Below are positions 8,328-21,369 of a DNA stretch of 48,310 bases, piece by piece. The first letter of the stretch is position 1, and each line of letters starts with the position of its first letter. The notes below the pieces were generated by a model. That model was not told the origin of the DNA. It ran no database searches and saw nothing but the letters and a program-made list of their open reading frames with translations. The position numbers and the translations under genes are program-made. This DNA comes from Thermoleophilaceae bacterium. Lineage in GTDB: Bacteria > Actinomycetota > Thermoleophilia > Solirubrobacterales > Thermoleophilaceae. The stretch is taken from positions 1-48,310 of the forward strand of contig JBKGUS010000155.1 of assembly GCA_046462295.1 (NCBI GenBank), given 5' to 3'.

Positions 8328-9742
8328 GGGGGCCGGCGCTCCGCCCAGGGCGAGGCGGCCTCGAGCTGGGCGGCCAGCGCGAGCAACGGGCCCTCGCCGG
8401 CCGGCCGCCCGGCCAGCATCACGCCGAGCGGCAGCCCGTCGTCGCCGTGGTAGAGCGGCAGCGAGATCGCCGGCTGGCCCGTGACGTTGAACAGGGCGGT
8501 GTAGGGGGTGAACTGGCCCGAGCGATGGAAGTCCTCCCACGGATCGTCGCTGCAGGAGTCGATCTCGCCGATCTCGACCGGGCGCTGTGCGAGCGCCGGC
8601 GTGAGGACCGCGTCGTACTCGTCCCAGAGCGCGACGATCGGCCGGGACGCCGCGGCGAGCCGCGTGCGGGCGAGGAGGTAGTCGAGCGGGTCGCGCTCGC
8701 GGACGCCCTCCCAGATCGTCCACGAGAGCGGCTCCACGAGCTCGGCGCTCGGCTCGCGGCCGCTTGCCTGCGAGCCGAACCAGATGCCGAGCGCCACCGG
8801 CGTCCCGAAGACGAGCGTGAACGCGCGCAGCAGCTCCTGGCCCTTCCAGGGCGGATCGACCTCCTCGACCTCGTGCCCGAGCGACTCGAGCAGCTCCGCC
8901 GCGTCGCGGGCGGCCCGCTCGCAGAGCGGATCGATCGCCGCCACCTCGATCGCGGGCACGGTCGTCACCCCGATCCGCAGCCGCCCCGGCTCGCGCGCCG
9001 CCGTCTCGGCGAACGGCTCCGGCGGCGGCGGCGCCCAGGTGGAGTCGCCCGGCTCGTAGCCCGCCATCACGTCGAGCAGCGCGGCGGTCTCGGCGACGGT
9101 GCGGGTGAGCACGCCGTCCTGCACCAGCAGGTCGTCGCCCTGCTCCGGTCCGCGCGAGATGCGCCCGCGGCTCGGCTTCAGCCCGACGAGCCCGCAGCAC
9201 GCCGCCGGGATTCGAATCGAGCCGCCTCCGTCGGAGCCGTGCGCCAGCGGCACCATCCCGGCCGCCACAGCGGCGGCGGCGCCGCCCGACGAGCCGCCCG
9301 GCGTGCGCTCGGCGTCCCACGGGTTGCGGGTCGGGCCGAAGCGCCGCGGCTCCGTGACCGGCAGGATCCCGAACTCCGGCAGGTTCGTCTTGCCGACGAA
9401 CACGAAGCCCGCCTCCCGCAGCCCCCTCACGACGAACGCGTCCTGCGGCGGGACGAAGTCGCCGAACATGTCGGAGCCGAGCCGGTACGGCATGCCGGCC
9501 ACCGGCGCCGTGTCCTTGATCGCGATCGGCACGCCGGCGAAGGGGCGCTCGTCGGAGGCATCGATCGCATCGGCGGTCGTCAGGGCGCCGTCGGGGTCGA
9601 GGTGGACGAACGCGTTCAGCTCCGCGTCTAGCGCCTCGATGCGCTCGAGGGAGGCCTCGGTCAGCTCCCGGGCGGTGACCTCGCCGGCCTTGACCAGCCG
9701 CGCCAACTCGGTGGCCGGCCGGCTGAGGAGGTCCGTCTGCAT
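8291..9742 (-). CDS. amidase (amidase-signature family, GatA-like fold)
   Basis: 483-aa ORF with the amidase signature GGSSGGAAAAVAAGMVPLAHGSDGGGSIRIPAACCG. The ATG lies 2 nt after the stop of the upstream ParA-like gene. The 3' end overlaps the convergent Nudix gene by 37 nt. Confidence 0.9.
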   Translation of the reverse strand: MQTDLLSRPATELARLVKAGEVTARELTEASLERIEALDAELNAFVHLDPDGALTTADAIDASDERPFAGVPIAIKDTAPVAGMPYRLGSDMFGDFVPPQDAFVVRGLREAGFVFVGKTNLPEFGILPVTEPRRFGPTRNPWDAERTPGGSSGGAAAAVAAGMVPLAHGSDGGGSIRIPAACCGLVGLKPSRGRISRGPEQGDDLLVQDGVLTRTVAETAALLDVMAGYEPGDSTWAPPPPEPFAETAAREPGRLRIGVTTVPAIEVAAIDPLCERAARDAAELLESLGHEVEEVDPPWKGQELLRAFTLVFGTPVALGIWFGSQASGREPSAELVEPLSWTIWEGVRERDPLDYLLARTRLAAASRPIVALWDEYDAVLTPALAQRPVEIGEIDSCSDDPWEDFHRSGQFTPYTALFNVTGQPAISLPLYHGDDGLPLGVMLAGRPAGEGPLLALAAQLEAASPWAERRPPQRASTGSRSRS

Positions 9743-9744
9743 GC

Positions 9745-10584
9745 CTAGCGCACTGCCGCTTGGGCGCCGCCCAGCCGCGCCCGCGCGTCCTCGAAGCCGC
9801 CGAAGTGCTCCAGCACCTCCGCGGCCAGCGCCTGATAGTCGGCCCCGAGGTCCGGCGCGTAGTCGAGGATCGACACGCCCCGCTCGGCGGACTCCGCGTA
9901 GCGCACGCTCCGCCGGATCACCGTGTCGAACACCTTGTCGCCGAAGCGCTCCTTGAGTGACTTCAGCGCCTCGCGCGCGTGAATGAGTCGCATGTCGGCG
10001 ATGTTCAGCACCACGCCGAGCCAGTCGAGGTCCGGGTGGAGCGACTCCTTCGCCAGCTCCACCACCTCCAAGGCCTGCTCGACCCCTTGGAGCGAGAAGT
10101 ACTCGGCCTCACTCGAGATCACGGCGTGGTCCGCGGCCACCAGCGCGTTCACGGTGAGCAGGCCGAGCGACGGAGGGCAGTCCACGATGACGAGGTCGTA
10201 GCGGCGCTTCACGTCGCGGAGCGCGCGCTTCAAGGTCAGCTCGCGCCCCATCTTGCCGGCGAGGATCACCTCGGCCTCGGCCAGCCCGAGGTTGGCGGGG
10301 AGCACGTCCTCATGGATCGCGTCCGCCGCCTTCGCCTGGCCGGCGAGCACGTCGGCAACGGTCGGAGAGGCGTCGGCGGGGACGTCGAAGTAGTCGGACA
10401 GGTTGCCCTGCGGGTCCAGGTCCACGCAGAGCACGTCCAGGCCGGCGCGCCGGTAGGCGTCCGTGAGGGTTCGGACGGTCGTCGTCTTGCCCGTACCGCC
10501 CTTCTGGGAGAGCACCGTGATCGTGGCTGCCACCGGTCGCGCCAATCTAGCGAGTGGGCGACCAGCCCGCGCCGCGCTTATCAT
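9745..10584 (-). CDS. ParA/Soj-family (deviant Walker A) ATPase
   Basis: [15 protein letters not shown] is a deviant Walker A, followed by [10 protein letters not shown] and [13 protein letters not shown] 10584 has a purine-rich GGGGA upstream. An alternative GTG at 10533 would give the usual short N-terminus. Confidence 0.88.
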   Translation of the reverse strand: MISAARAGRPLARLARPVAATITVLSQKGGTGKTTTVRTLTDAYRRAGLDVLCVDLDPQGNLSDYFDVPADASPTVADVLAGQAKAADAIHEDVLPANLGLAEAEVILAGKMGRELTLKRALRDVKRRYDLVIVDCPPSLGLLTVNALVAADHAVISSEAEYFSLQGVEQALEVVELAKESLHPDLDWLGVVLNIADMRLIHAREALKSLKERFGDKVFDTVIRRSVRYAESAERGVSILDYAPDLGADYQALAAEVLEHFGGFEDARARLGGAQAAVR

Positions 10585-10648
10585 TTGCCGTTCCCCACCC
10601 CGCGGCGCGCTCGCTCGGAGAGGGCGCGGAAGCCCAAGGAACCCACGA

Positions 10649-15171
<4,523 letters not shown>

Positions 15172-15172
<1 letters not shown>

Positions 15173-16734
15173 TGGGCGAGCTCGGCGGTTTCCTCCGGCT
15201 CGAGCGAGTCGGCTTCCAGAAGCGCGATCCGCGCGAGCGCGTGCGCGACTACCGGCAGTACTTCTCGCTGCCCGACGACCAGACGCTGCGCGAGCAGGGC
15301 GGTCGCTGCATGGACTGCGGCGTGCCGTTCTGCCAGGAGGGCTGCCCGCTCGGCAACAAGATCCCGGACTGGAACGACCTGGTCTACGCCGACCAGTGGC
15401 GCGACGCGCTCACCCAGCTGCACGCCACCAACAACTTCCCCGAGTTCACCGGCCTGATCTGCCCGGCGCCGTGCGAGTCGGCCTGCGTGCTCGACATCAA
15501 CGACGACCCGGTCACGATCGAGCAGATCGAGCTGGCGATCGTCACGCGCGGGTTCGACGAGGGCTGGATCAAGGCGCTGCCGCCGGACGAGCGCACGGGC
15601 CGGACGGTCGGGGTGATCGGCTCGGGGCCCGCCGGTCTCGCCGCGGCCGCCGAGCTGAACCGCCACGGCCACGAGGTCGTCGTGTACGAGCGAGACGAGG
15701 GGCCGGGCGGGATGCTTCGCTTCGGCGTGCCCGACGCCAAGCTCGAGAAGTGGATCATCGACCGCCGCGTGGCGCTGCTCGAAGAGGAGGGGATCTCGTT
15801 CGAGTACGGCGTCGACGTGGGCCGCTCGGTCGGCGTGTCCGAGCTGCGCGAGCGCCACGACGCCCTGGTCGTCGCGATCGGGTCGCGCGTGCACCGCGAC
15901 CTCGACGTGCCGGGCCGCGACCTGGACGGCGTGCACTTCGCGATGGAGTACCTGTACCAGCGCAACCGCCACGTCGCGCGGGAGGAGGGCCGCTACGCAC
16001 CGGAGCCCGACCACCCCATCACGGCGGCGGGTAAGCGCGTGGTCGTCGTGGGCGGTGGCGACACCGGCATGGACTGCATCTCCAACGCGCTGCGCGAGCG
16101 GGCCTCCGACGTGCTCCTCCTCGACGTGTACCCGCCGCTGCCGGGCGAGCGGCGCCCGCCCGGCACGCCGTGGCCGCTGCCCCCCAAGCGCACGCCCACG
16201 ACCTACGCGCTGGACGAGGGCGGCGAGCGCCGCTTCGGCACGCAGGTCACCGCGATCGTGGGCGAGGACGGGCGCGTGACCGCAGTCGACGGGCGCCGCG
16301 TGGAGGGGACCTCGTCGCGCGACCTGCATGCGATCCCGGGGAGCGAATTCACCGAGCCCGCCGACCTCGTGCTGGTCGCGATCGGCTTCAGCCACCCCGA
16401 GCACGAGGGCGCGATCGAGGAGCTCGGGGTGGACCTCGACGCGCGCGGCAACGTCAAGGCGCCGGTCTACGAGACGAGCGAGCGCGGCGTGTTCGCCTGC
16501 GGCGATGCGCGCATCGGGCAGTCGCTCGTGGTCACCGCGATCGCCGAGGGCCGGCGCTGCGCGCGCGTGGTCGACCGCTACCTGGGCGGTCCGGGCGAGA
16601 CGCGCCGGGTGCCCGCCTCCGCGCTGTTCGCCTTCGAGGACGGCGACCCGCACTCGCTGCGCCACCAGGCCGAGACGGCGCGCACCGTGACCGTCGGCGA
16701 TGCGTTCTGGTCCGGCCCGCGCGAGGGCTCGTAG
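15172..16734 (+). CDS. gltD: glutamate synthase small subunit (NADPH)
   Basis: This is the real part of track ORF 13033..16734. ATG 15172 overlaps the gltB TGA (TGATG). It has the Fe-S Cys cluster CMDCGVPFCQEGCPLGNKIPDWN and the dinucleotide folds GSGPAGLAAA and VVGGGDTGMDC. Confidence 0.93.
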
Positions 16735-16767
16735 ACAGCCGACCGGCCGACGGGCTAGTGTCCGCAA

Positions 16768-17571
16768 ATGCTTACCCGTACTCGGCTCGCACTGGCGGTC
16801 GCCGCCGCCTTCGTCCCCGTCCTCCTGCTGGCCACCTCGGCGACGGGCGGCAAGCCCGCCGGCGGCGCAGGCCTGTATCCCGATCTCAGGACCGCCGTCC
16901 CGCACCACTTCACCGTGCAGAACTCGCACCAGCGCGAGCTGCTCCGGTTCTCGAACCTGATCGGCAACACCGGCGCCGGCGACCTGCGTCTGCGGCCTGA
17001 GCACGACGTGGCCACGGGCACGACCACCGGCTTCCAGGAGATCTTCGACGCCTCCGGCAACCTCGTCGTCGACCAGCCGGTGAGCGAGTTCGTCTTCCAC
17101 CCGGCACACAACCACTGGCACATCGACAGGGTCGCTCTGTTCGAGATCCGCTTCGCGGACGACGACGGCACGCGCGGCGACTGGGGCGCCGTCTTCAGCA
17201 ACCAGTCGATCAAGACGACCTTCTGCCTGATCGATGTGATCAAGCTCGACGACAACTCGAAGACGCCGGAGCGGAACTACTGGGACTGCTTCCCCGACGC
17301 CCACCAGGGCATCTCGGCCGGCTGGGGCGACCAGTACCACCAGGCCACGGAGGGACAGGAGCTGGAGGTCACCGGCGCACGGCCCGGCGTGTACTACCTC
17401 GTCTCGACGTCGAACCCCGACGGGAACTTCCTCGAGACGACGACGTCGAACAACACGGCGTGGACGAGCTTCCGGCTCAGCCGCGACAGCAAGGGCAACG
17501 CAAAGATCGCGGAGATAGCCCACAGCGCCTGCTCGGGCACGCTCTGCGGCGAGGACCTCCCGAACCGCTGA
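16768..17571 (+). CDS. secreted lysyl-oxidase-like protein (LOX catalytic-domain homolog, complete motif set)
   Basis: Signal peptide MLTRTRLALAVAAAFVPVLLLATSA. Matches to the animal LOX catalytic domain: YPDL; RELLRFSNLIGNTGAGDL; FVFHPAHNHWH (His-x-His-x-His copper site); IKTTFCLID (the LTQ lysine position); and HQGISAGWGDQY...PGVYYLVSTSNPDGNFLETTTSNN (the LTQ tyrosine position and C-terminal NP...E...NN block). Confidence 0.8.
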   Translation: MLTRTRLALAVAAAFVPVLLLATSATGGKPAGGAGLYPDLRTAVPHHFTVQNSHQRELLRFSNLIGNTGAGDLRLRPEHDVATGTTTGFQEIFDASGNLVVDQPVSEFVFHPAHNHWHIDRVALFEIRFADDDGTRGDWGAVFSNQSIKTTFCLIDVIKLDDNSKTPERNYWDCFPDAHQGISAGWGDQYHQATEGQELEVTGARPGVYYLVSTSNPDGNFLETTTSNNTAWTSFRLSRDSKGNAKIAEIAHSACSGTLCGEDLPNR

Positions 17572-18533
17572 CAACCGCGTTCGTCACCGGAGGGTCCGGC
17601 TTCATCGGCGGGGCGCTCATCGAGCGCCTGCGCCGGGAGGGGTGGGACGTGCGCGCCCTGGCGCGCTCGGACGCCGCGGAGGCCGCGGTCCGCGAACGCG
17701 GCGCCACGCCAGTGCGCGGCGAGCTCGGCGACGCCGCGCTCGAGGGCGGGTCGGTCGGCTGCGACGTGTGCTTCCACGCCGCGGCCAAGGTCGAGGACTG
17801 GGGCGATCCCGCCGAGTTCGAGCGCCTCAACGTGGACGGCACCGCCAACGTGATTGCCGCCTCCCGCGCGGCCGGGGTGCGGCGCTTCGTGCACGTGGGC
17901 ACCGAGGCGGCGCTGACGGCCGGGCAGGCGCTGGTGGCAGTGGACGAGGGAGCGCCGCTGCGGCCGGACTCGCCATTCCTCTACTCGTCCTCGAAGGCCA
18001 AGGCCGAGCAGCTGGTGCGCGACGCGAACGGCGAGGGCCTCGAGACGGTCGTGGTGAGGCCGCGGTTCGTCTGGGGGCGCGGTGACACCACCCTCCTGCC
18101 GGCGATCGTGGACATGGTGCGGGCGGGGCGCTTCCGCTGGATCGGCGGCGGACGCCATCTCACGGACACGACGCACGTCGACAACACGGTGGAGGGGCTC
18201 TGGCTCGGCGCGACGCGCGCGCCGGCGGGCGGGGTCTACTTCGTCACCGACGGCGAGCCCGTGGTGTTCCGCGACTTCCTCGAGCGCATGCTGGCAACGC
18301 AGGGCGTGACCGTGCCCGACAAGTCGGTACCGGCGGGAGTGGCGACCGCCGCGGCCGCGACCGCCGAGCGGGCCTGGCGCCTGCTGCGGCGACCAGGTCC
18401 GCCGCCGCTGACCCGCTTCGCGGTCTGGGTGTCGTCGAAGGAGTGCACGCTCGACGACTCACGCGCCCGCACCGAGCTCGGCTACGAGCCGGTGCGGACG
18501 CGCGACGAGGGCCTCGCCGAGCTGGCGCGCTAG
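17568..18533 (+). CDS. NAD-dependent epimerase/dehydratase (extended SDR); start proposed at CTG 17568
   Basis: Rossmann motif (L/M)TTAFVTGGSGFIGGAL begins immediately after the upstream TGA. YSSSKAKAE provides YxxxK. The track start GTG 17460 would add 36 codons of low GC3 that overlap the LOX-like gene. The next canonical start downstream (GTG 17647-17649, in WDVR) would delete the GxxGxxG motif. CTG 17568 overlaps TGA 17569-17571 (CTGA). Confidence 0.85.
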   Translation: MTTAFVTGGSGFIGGALIERLRREGWDVRALARSDAAEAAVRERGATPVRGELGDAALEGGSVGCDVCFHAAAKVEDWGDPAEFERLNVDGTANVIAASRAAGVRRFVHVGTEAALTAGQALVAVDEGAPLRPDSPFLYSSSKAKAEQLVRDANGEGLETVVVRPRFVWGRGDTTLLPAIVDMVRAGRFRWIGGGRHLTDTTHVDNTVEGLWLGATRAPAGGVYFVTDGEPVVFRDFLERMLATQGVTVPDKSVPAGVATAAAATAERAWRLLRRPGPPPLTRFAVWVSSKECTLDDSRARTELGYEPVRTRDEGLAELAR

Positions 18534-18883
18534 GCGCCGGAGGGCTGCTGCACGGTCTCCTTGGCGGTGTCGGCTGCTTCGTCCTCCACGCGAGTGGAGG
18601 GGATAAGGAGGCCGCCGACAAAGCCGACGGCCAGCGCGCCGATCGCCAGCCCCAGCGGGTTGTCCTCGGCGAGGCCCTTCGTCCGGCGGGCGCCCTGCTT
18701 GACCTGGGCGCCGTCGGGGGTGACGCCCGAGATCTTCGACTTGACCGACTCGACCCGGCCGGACACGGCCTCCTTGGCGCGGCCCGGCACGTCGGCCTTG
18801 TAGCCGAGCGCCTCGACGGTCTCGCCCATGCGGCCGCGGGTCTCCTCTATGTCCTGCCTGATCTGGCCTGTGTCTTGGCCCAT
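18530..18883 (-). CDS. DUF3618-like small membrane-anchored protein
   Basis: ATG 18883 is preceded by GAAGGAGGA. The protein reads MGQDTGQIRQDIEETRGRMGETVEALGYKADVPGRAKE and has a C-terminal hydrophobic anchor NPLGLAIGALAVGFVGGLLI. It is the real part of track ORF 18530..19450 and overlaps the upstream gene by 37 nt. Confidence 0.75.
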   Translation of the reverse strand: MGQDTGQIRQDIEETRGRMGETVEALGYKADVPGRAKEAVSGRVESVKSKISGVTPDGAQVKQGARRTKGLAEDNPLGLAIGALAVGFVGGLLIPSTRVEDEAADTAKETVQQPSGA

Positions 18884-19266
18884 TCCACGTCCTCCTTCAC
18901 GCTTTCGGTTGCTTGCTCGGGCACCGGCGGCCCCGCCTCCTGGACCTTGTTGCGGCCCTGGAGCGCGAGCACCGCGGCGATCGCGCCGTACACGACGGCC
19001 ACGATCAGCGCGGCGAGCCACAGCGCCATCGCCGAGTCGAGCGCAGCGATGATGGCGGTGGTCAGCGCGCCGAAGGCGAAGACGCCGAACAGGCCGGCCC
19101 CGCCGAACATGCCGGCGCCCTGGCCGGCCTTCTTTCCCTTCTCGCCGAGCTCGGACTTCGCCAGCTCGATCTCCTTGCGCACGAGCGTCGTCGTGTGGTC
19201 CGACAGCTCCTTGAGGAGCTCGCCGGTCCCCCGCTCGCGCAGGTCGTTGTTGCGGTTGCCGTCCAT
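18847..19266 (-). CDS. Holin-X / DUF1469-like membrane protein
   Basis: 139 aa. It has a charged N-terminus (ELLKELSDHTTTLVRKEIELAKSE) followed by two hydrophobic helices (GMFGGAGLFGVFAFGALTTAIIAAL and LWLAALIVAVVYGAIAAVLAL). This is the typical architecture of the actinobacterial Holin-X family. Confidence 0.75.
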   Translation of the reverse strand: MDGNRNNDLRERGTGELLKELSDHTTTLVRKEIELAKSELGEKGKKAGQGAGMFGGAGLFGVFAFGALTTAIIAALDSAMALWLAALIVAVVYGAIAAVLALQGRNKVQEAGPPVPEQATESVKEDVEWAKTQARSGRT

Positions 19267-19269
19267 GGC

Positions 19270-19764
19270 TCAGACGTGCGGGTCGAACTGGCTTGCGCGG
19301 GTGCCGTGTCCTACGGGCTCGCCCGGGGTCACGCGGTTCGCGCCGCTGCCGTCGGCCGCCAGCGACGAGCGATACCGCTCGCCGCTCGAGGCCTTCAGCA
19401 TCCTGGAGGCGGCGAAGCCGAGCACCAGGCCGCCGGCGGCAACCGCCCACGGGTTGCGGCGAGCGAAATCCTCGACGTCGCGAAGGATCCTGTCGCCGTC
19501 GCTCTCCTGCAGGTATCCGCCGAGCCGCTCGGCCCGGTCGGCCGCCTGTTCCACGTAGCGGGCCGGCGTGTGCTTGCCCTGCTTGCGGAGCTCTTCCGCA
19601 ACGGAGCGGGCGTCGCCCGCGCTCGAGCTCATCTGCTCGCCCGCCTGGGTCGAGCGACGGTCCGCCTCCTGGGTCATGCGGCCGCGGGCCTGGCCGGCCG
19701 CCTCGCGGGCCTTGTCCTGGGCCTGGCCCGCGACCTCGCGGGCCTTCTCCTGGGTCTCTGGCAT
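19270..19764 (-). CDS. hypothetical membrane-anchored protein, YqjD/ElaB-like organisation
   Basis: Start trimmed to ATG 19764 after GAGGAG. It has a charged, repetitive N-terminal region (AREVAGQAQDKAREAAGQARG) and a C-terminal anchor motif RRNPWAVAAGGLVLGFAASRMLK. Confidence 0.65.
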   Translation of the reverse strand: MPETQEKAREVAGQAQDKAREAAGQARGRMTQEADRRSTQAGEQMSSSAGDARSVAEELRKQGKHTPARYVEQAADRAERLGGYLQESDGDRILRDVEDFARRNPWAVAAGGLVLGFAASRMLKASSGERYRSSLAADGSGANRVTPGEPVGHGTRASQFDPHV

Positions 19765-19768
19765 GGGG

Positions 19769-20266
19769 CTATCTCCTCTGGAAGGTTGGGGTTTCGGCCC
19801 TGCTCTCCCGCTCGAAGCGGCGGTCACGCGTCGCGGGACGGACATCCCGCCGGTCGCGGTCGGAGATGAGCCCGACCGCCAGTGCGGTGACGGTGAGCAG
19901 GATGTGCAGCACGTTGTCTGCGGGGTTCACCGGGATCAGGCCGACAACGTCATGACCGTCGACGAGGCCGATGATCGTCACGACGCCGTAGATGGCGCCG
20001 AAGGCAAGCGCCGCGGTGCGAGCAGTCCGATGCCTGCCCGCGAGCGCGAGCAGAAAGCCGCCGGACAGGATGTGCACGACGTTGTGCCAGCCGTTGACCT
20101 CGAACAGAACGAGGTTCTCGCCGTCGAGCGCGCCGGGGTCGCTCCCGGCAGACGTGTCGAAGGTCGCCTCGGCGAGGAAGCCAAGCAATCCGACCAAGAC
20201 GAGGGTTCCACCGATGATCAGGCAGAACCATTGAGCGGCCGAGCGGCCGCGATTGCGATCGTCCAT
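19769..20266 (-). CDS. DUF4383-like integral membrane protein
   Basis: 165 aa with four hydrophobic segments and the characteristic LVGLLGF, VNGWHNVVHILSG and NVLHILL motifs. It is the first gene of a four-gene minus-strand operon. Confidence 0.7.
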   Translation of the reverse strand: MDDRNRGRSAAQWFCLIIGGTLVLVGLLGFLAEATFDTSAGSDPGALDGENLVLFEVNGWHNVVHILSGGFLLALAGRHRTARTAALAFGAIYGVVTIIGLVDGHDVVGLIPVNPADNVLHILLTVTALAVGLISDRDRRDVRPATRDRRFERESRAETPTFQRR

Positions 20267-20469
20267 GGGACGACTCCTTCAGCGTTGGGGGCTTACGTGT
20301 CGGCGGTCCGGCCCAACGCCTGATTCCAGACGCTTGTCGTCCCACATCCCGGGTTTCCGCGGCCGACTGAGGTAAACCAGTCCGTCTCATCTCTTGGCGC
20401 GATTCGTCGCGCGGGGAATCGGGTAGACCCCCGCGCGGAGACGTAAACCACGGCAGGGGGAGAAACAGA

Positions 20470-21297
20470 ATGCAGCTGCGACGGCTAGTCGTCGCTGTGG
20501 CGGTGATCGCTTGCGTGGCGCTCGGAGGCGCCGCACCGAGCTTCGCGGAGCCCACATGGGCTCCGGCTGACAGCGCAACGATCCGGCCCGGCAACCAGAC
20601 AATCACCGAGGGAGCACAGTGCACGTCGAACTTCGTGTTCTTCGACGCGGCGGACAACGTGTACATCGGCCAGGCGGCGCACTGCTCCGGCACGGGTGGC
20701 GCCACCGAGACCAACGGCTGTGACTCGGGCTCGCTCCCGAACGGCACGCCGGTCGAGATCGAGAACGCCACCCAGCCCGGCACCATGGTCTACAACTCGT
20801 GGATCGCCATGCAGCAGGCGCGGGAGACGAACGCGGACGCGTGCGACTTCAACGACTTCGCGCTCGTCAGGGTGCACCCGGCCGACGCGGGAAGCGTCAA
20901 CCCGACGATCCCCTTCTGGGGCGGGCCGACCGGGATGACCGACGGCGTGACCGACCTCGGCAAGGTCCTCTCGTACGGGAACTCGTCGCTGCGGCTGGGG
21001 CTCGACCCGCTGAAGCCCAAGGAGGGCGCGAAGATCGCCACCGAGGGGAACGGCTGGAGCCACGCCGTCTACACCGCGACCCCGGGCATCCCCGGCGACT
21101 CGGGCAGCGCGTTCATCGACCGTGACGGACTCGCGTTCGGCGTGCTCAGCACGCTGCAGATCGCGCCGCTGGCCGGGTCGAACGGCGTCAGCGACGTGAG
21201 CCGGGCGGTCGCCTACATGGAGTCGCACGGCGGGCCGGACGTGACGCTCGCCAACGGCACCGAGGCCTTCACGGGACCGCTGCTGCCGCTGCCGTAG
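20470..21297 (+). CDS. secreted trypsin-like serine protease (S1 family)
   Basis: ATG is preceded by GGGGGAG. Signal peptide MQLRRLVVAVAVIACVALGGAAPSFA. Catalytic triad contexts are AAHC (His), NDFALV (Asp) and GDSGSAF (Ser). Confidence 0.85.
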   Translation: MQLRRLVVAVAVIACVALGGAAPSFAEPTWAPADSATIRPGNQTITEGAQCTSNFVFFDAADNVYIGQAAHCSGTGGATETNGCDSGSLPNGTPVEIENATQPGTMVYNSWIAMQQARETNADACDFNDFALVRVHPADAGSVNPTIPFWGGPTGMTDGVTDLGKVLSYGNSSLRLGLDPLKPKEGAKIATEGNGWSHAVYTATPGIPGDSGSAFIDRDGLAFGVLSTLQIAPLAGSNGVSDVSRAVAYMESHGGPDVTLANGTEAFTGPLLPLP

Positions 21298-21324
21298 CCC
21301 GGCCGAATGCCCCGCAGGAATGAC

Positions 21325-21352
21325 CCGGGCCCCGCCTGCCGGCGGGGCCCGG
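21325..21352. terminator. bidirectional stem-loop terminator between convergent genes
   Basis: CCGGGCCCCGCC tgcc GGCGGGGCCCGG is a perfect 12-bp stem with a 4-nt loop. It is followed on the plus strand by TCTCTTCT. It lies between the protease stop (21297) and the FHA gene stop (21370). Confidence 0.65.
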
Positions 21353-21369
21353 TCTCTTCTCCGTCCCTC

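Noticed and set aside
9745-10584. ParA-like gene as a marker of a plasmid or integrative element
   Set aside because: There is no parB, rep, relaxase, integrase or att-like repeat nearby. Neighbouring genes are core metabolism (gltBD, amidase), and I see no compositional break.
17460-17567. GTG 17460 as the start of the epimerase gene
   Set aside because: The 36 extra codons have low GC3 and lie entirely inside the LOX-like gene, whose own frame has a far stronger coding signal there.
18847-19266. Holin-X-like gene as part of a prophage lysis cassette
   Set aside because: There are no endolysin, spanin, terminase, capsid or integrase genes anywhere in the window. The gene sits in an operon of small membrane proteins typical of chromosomal loci.
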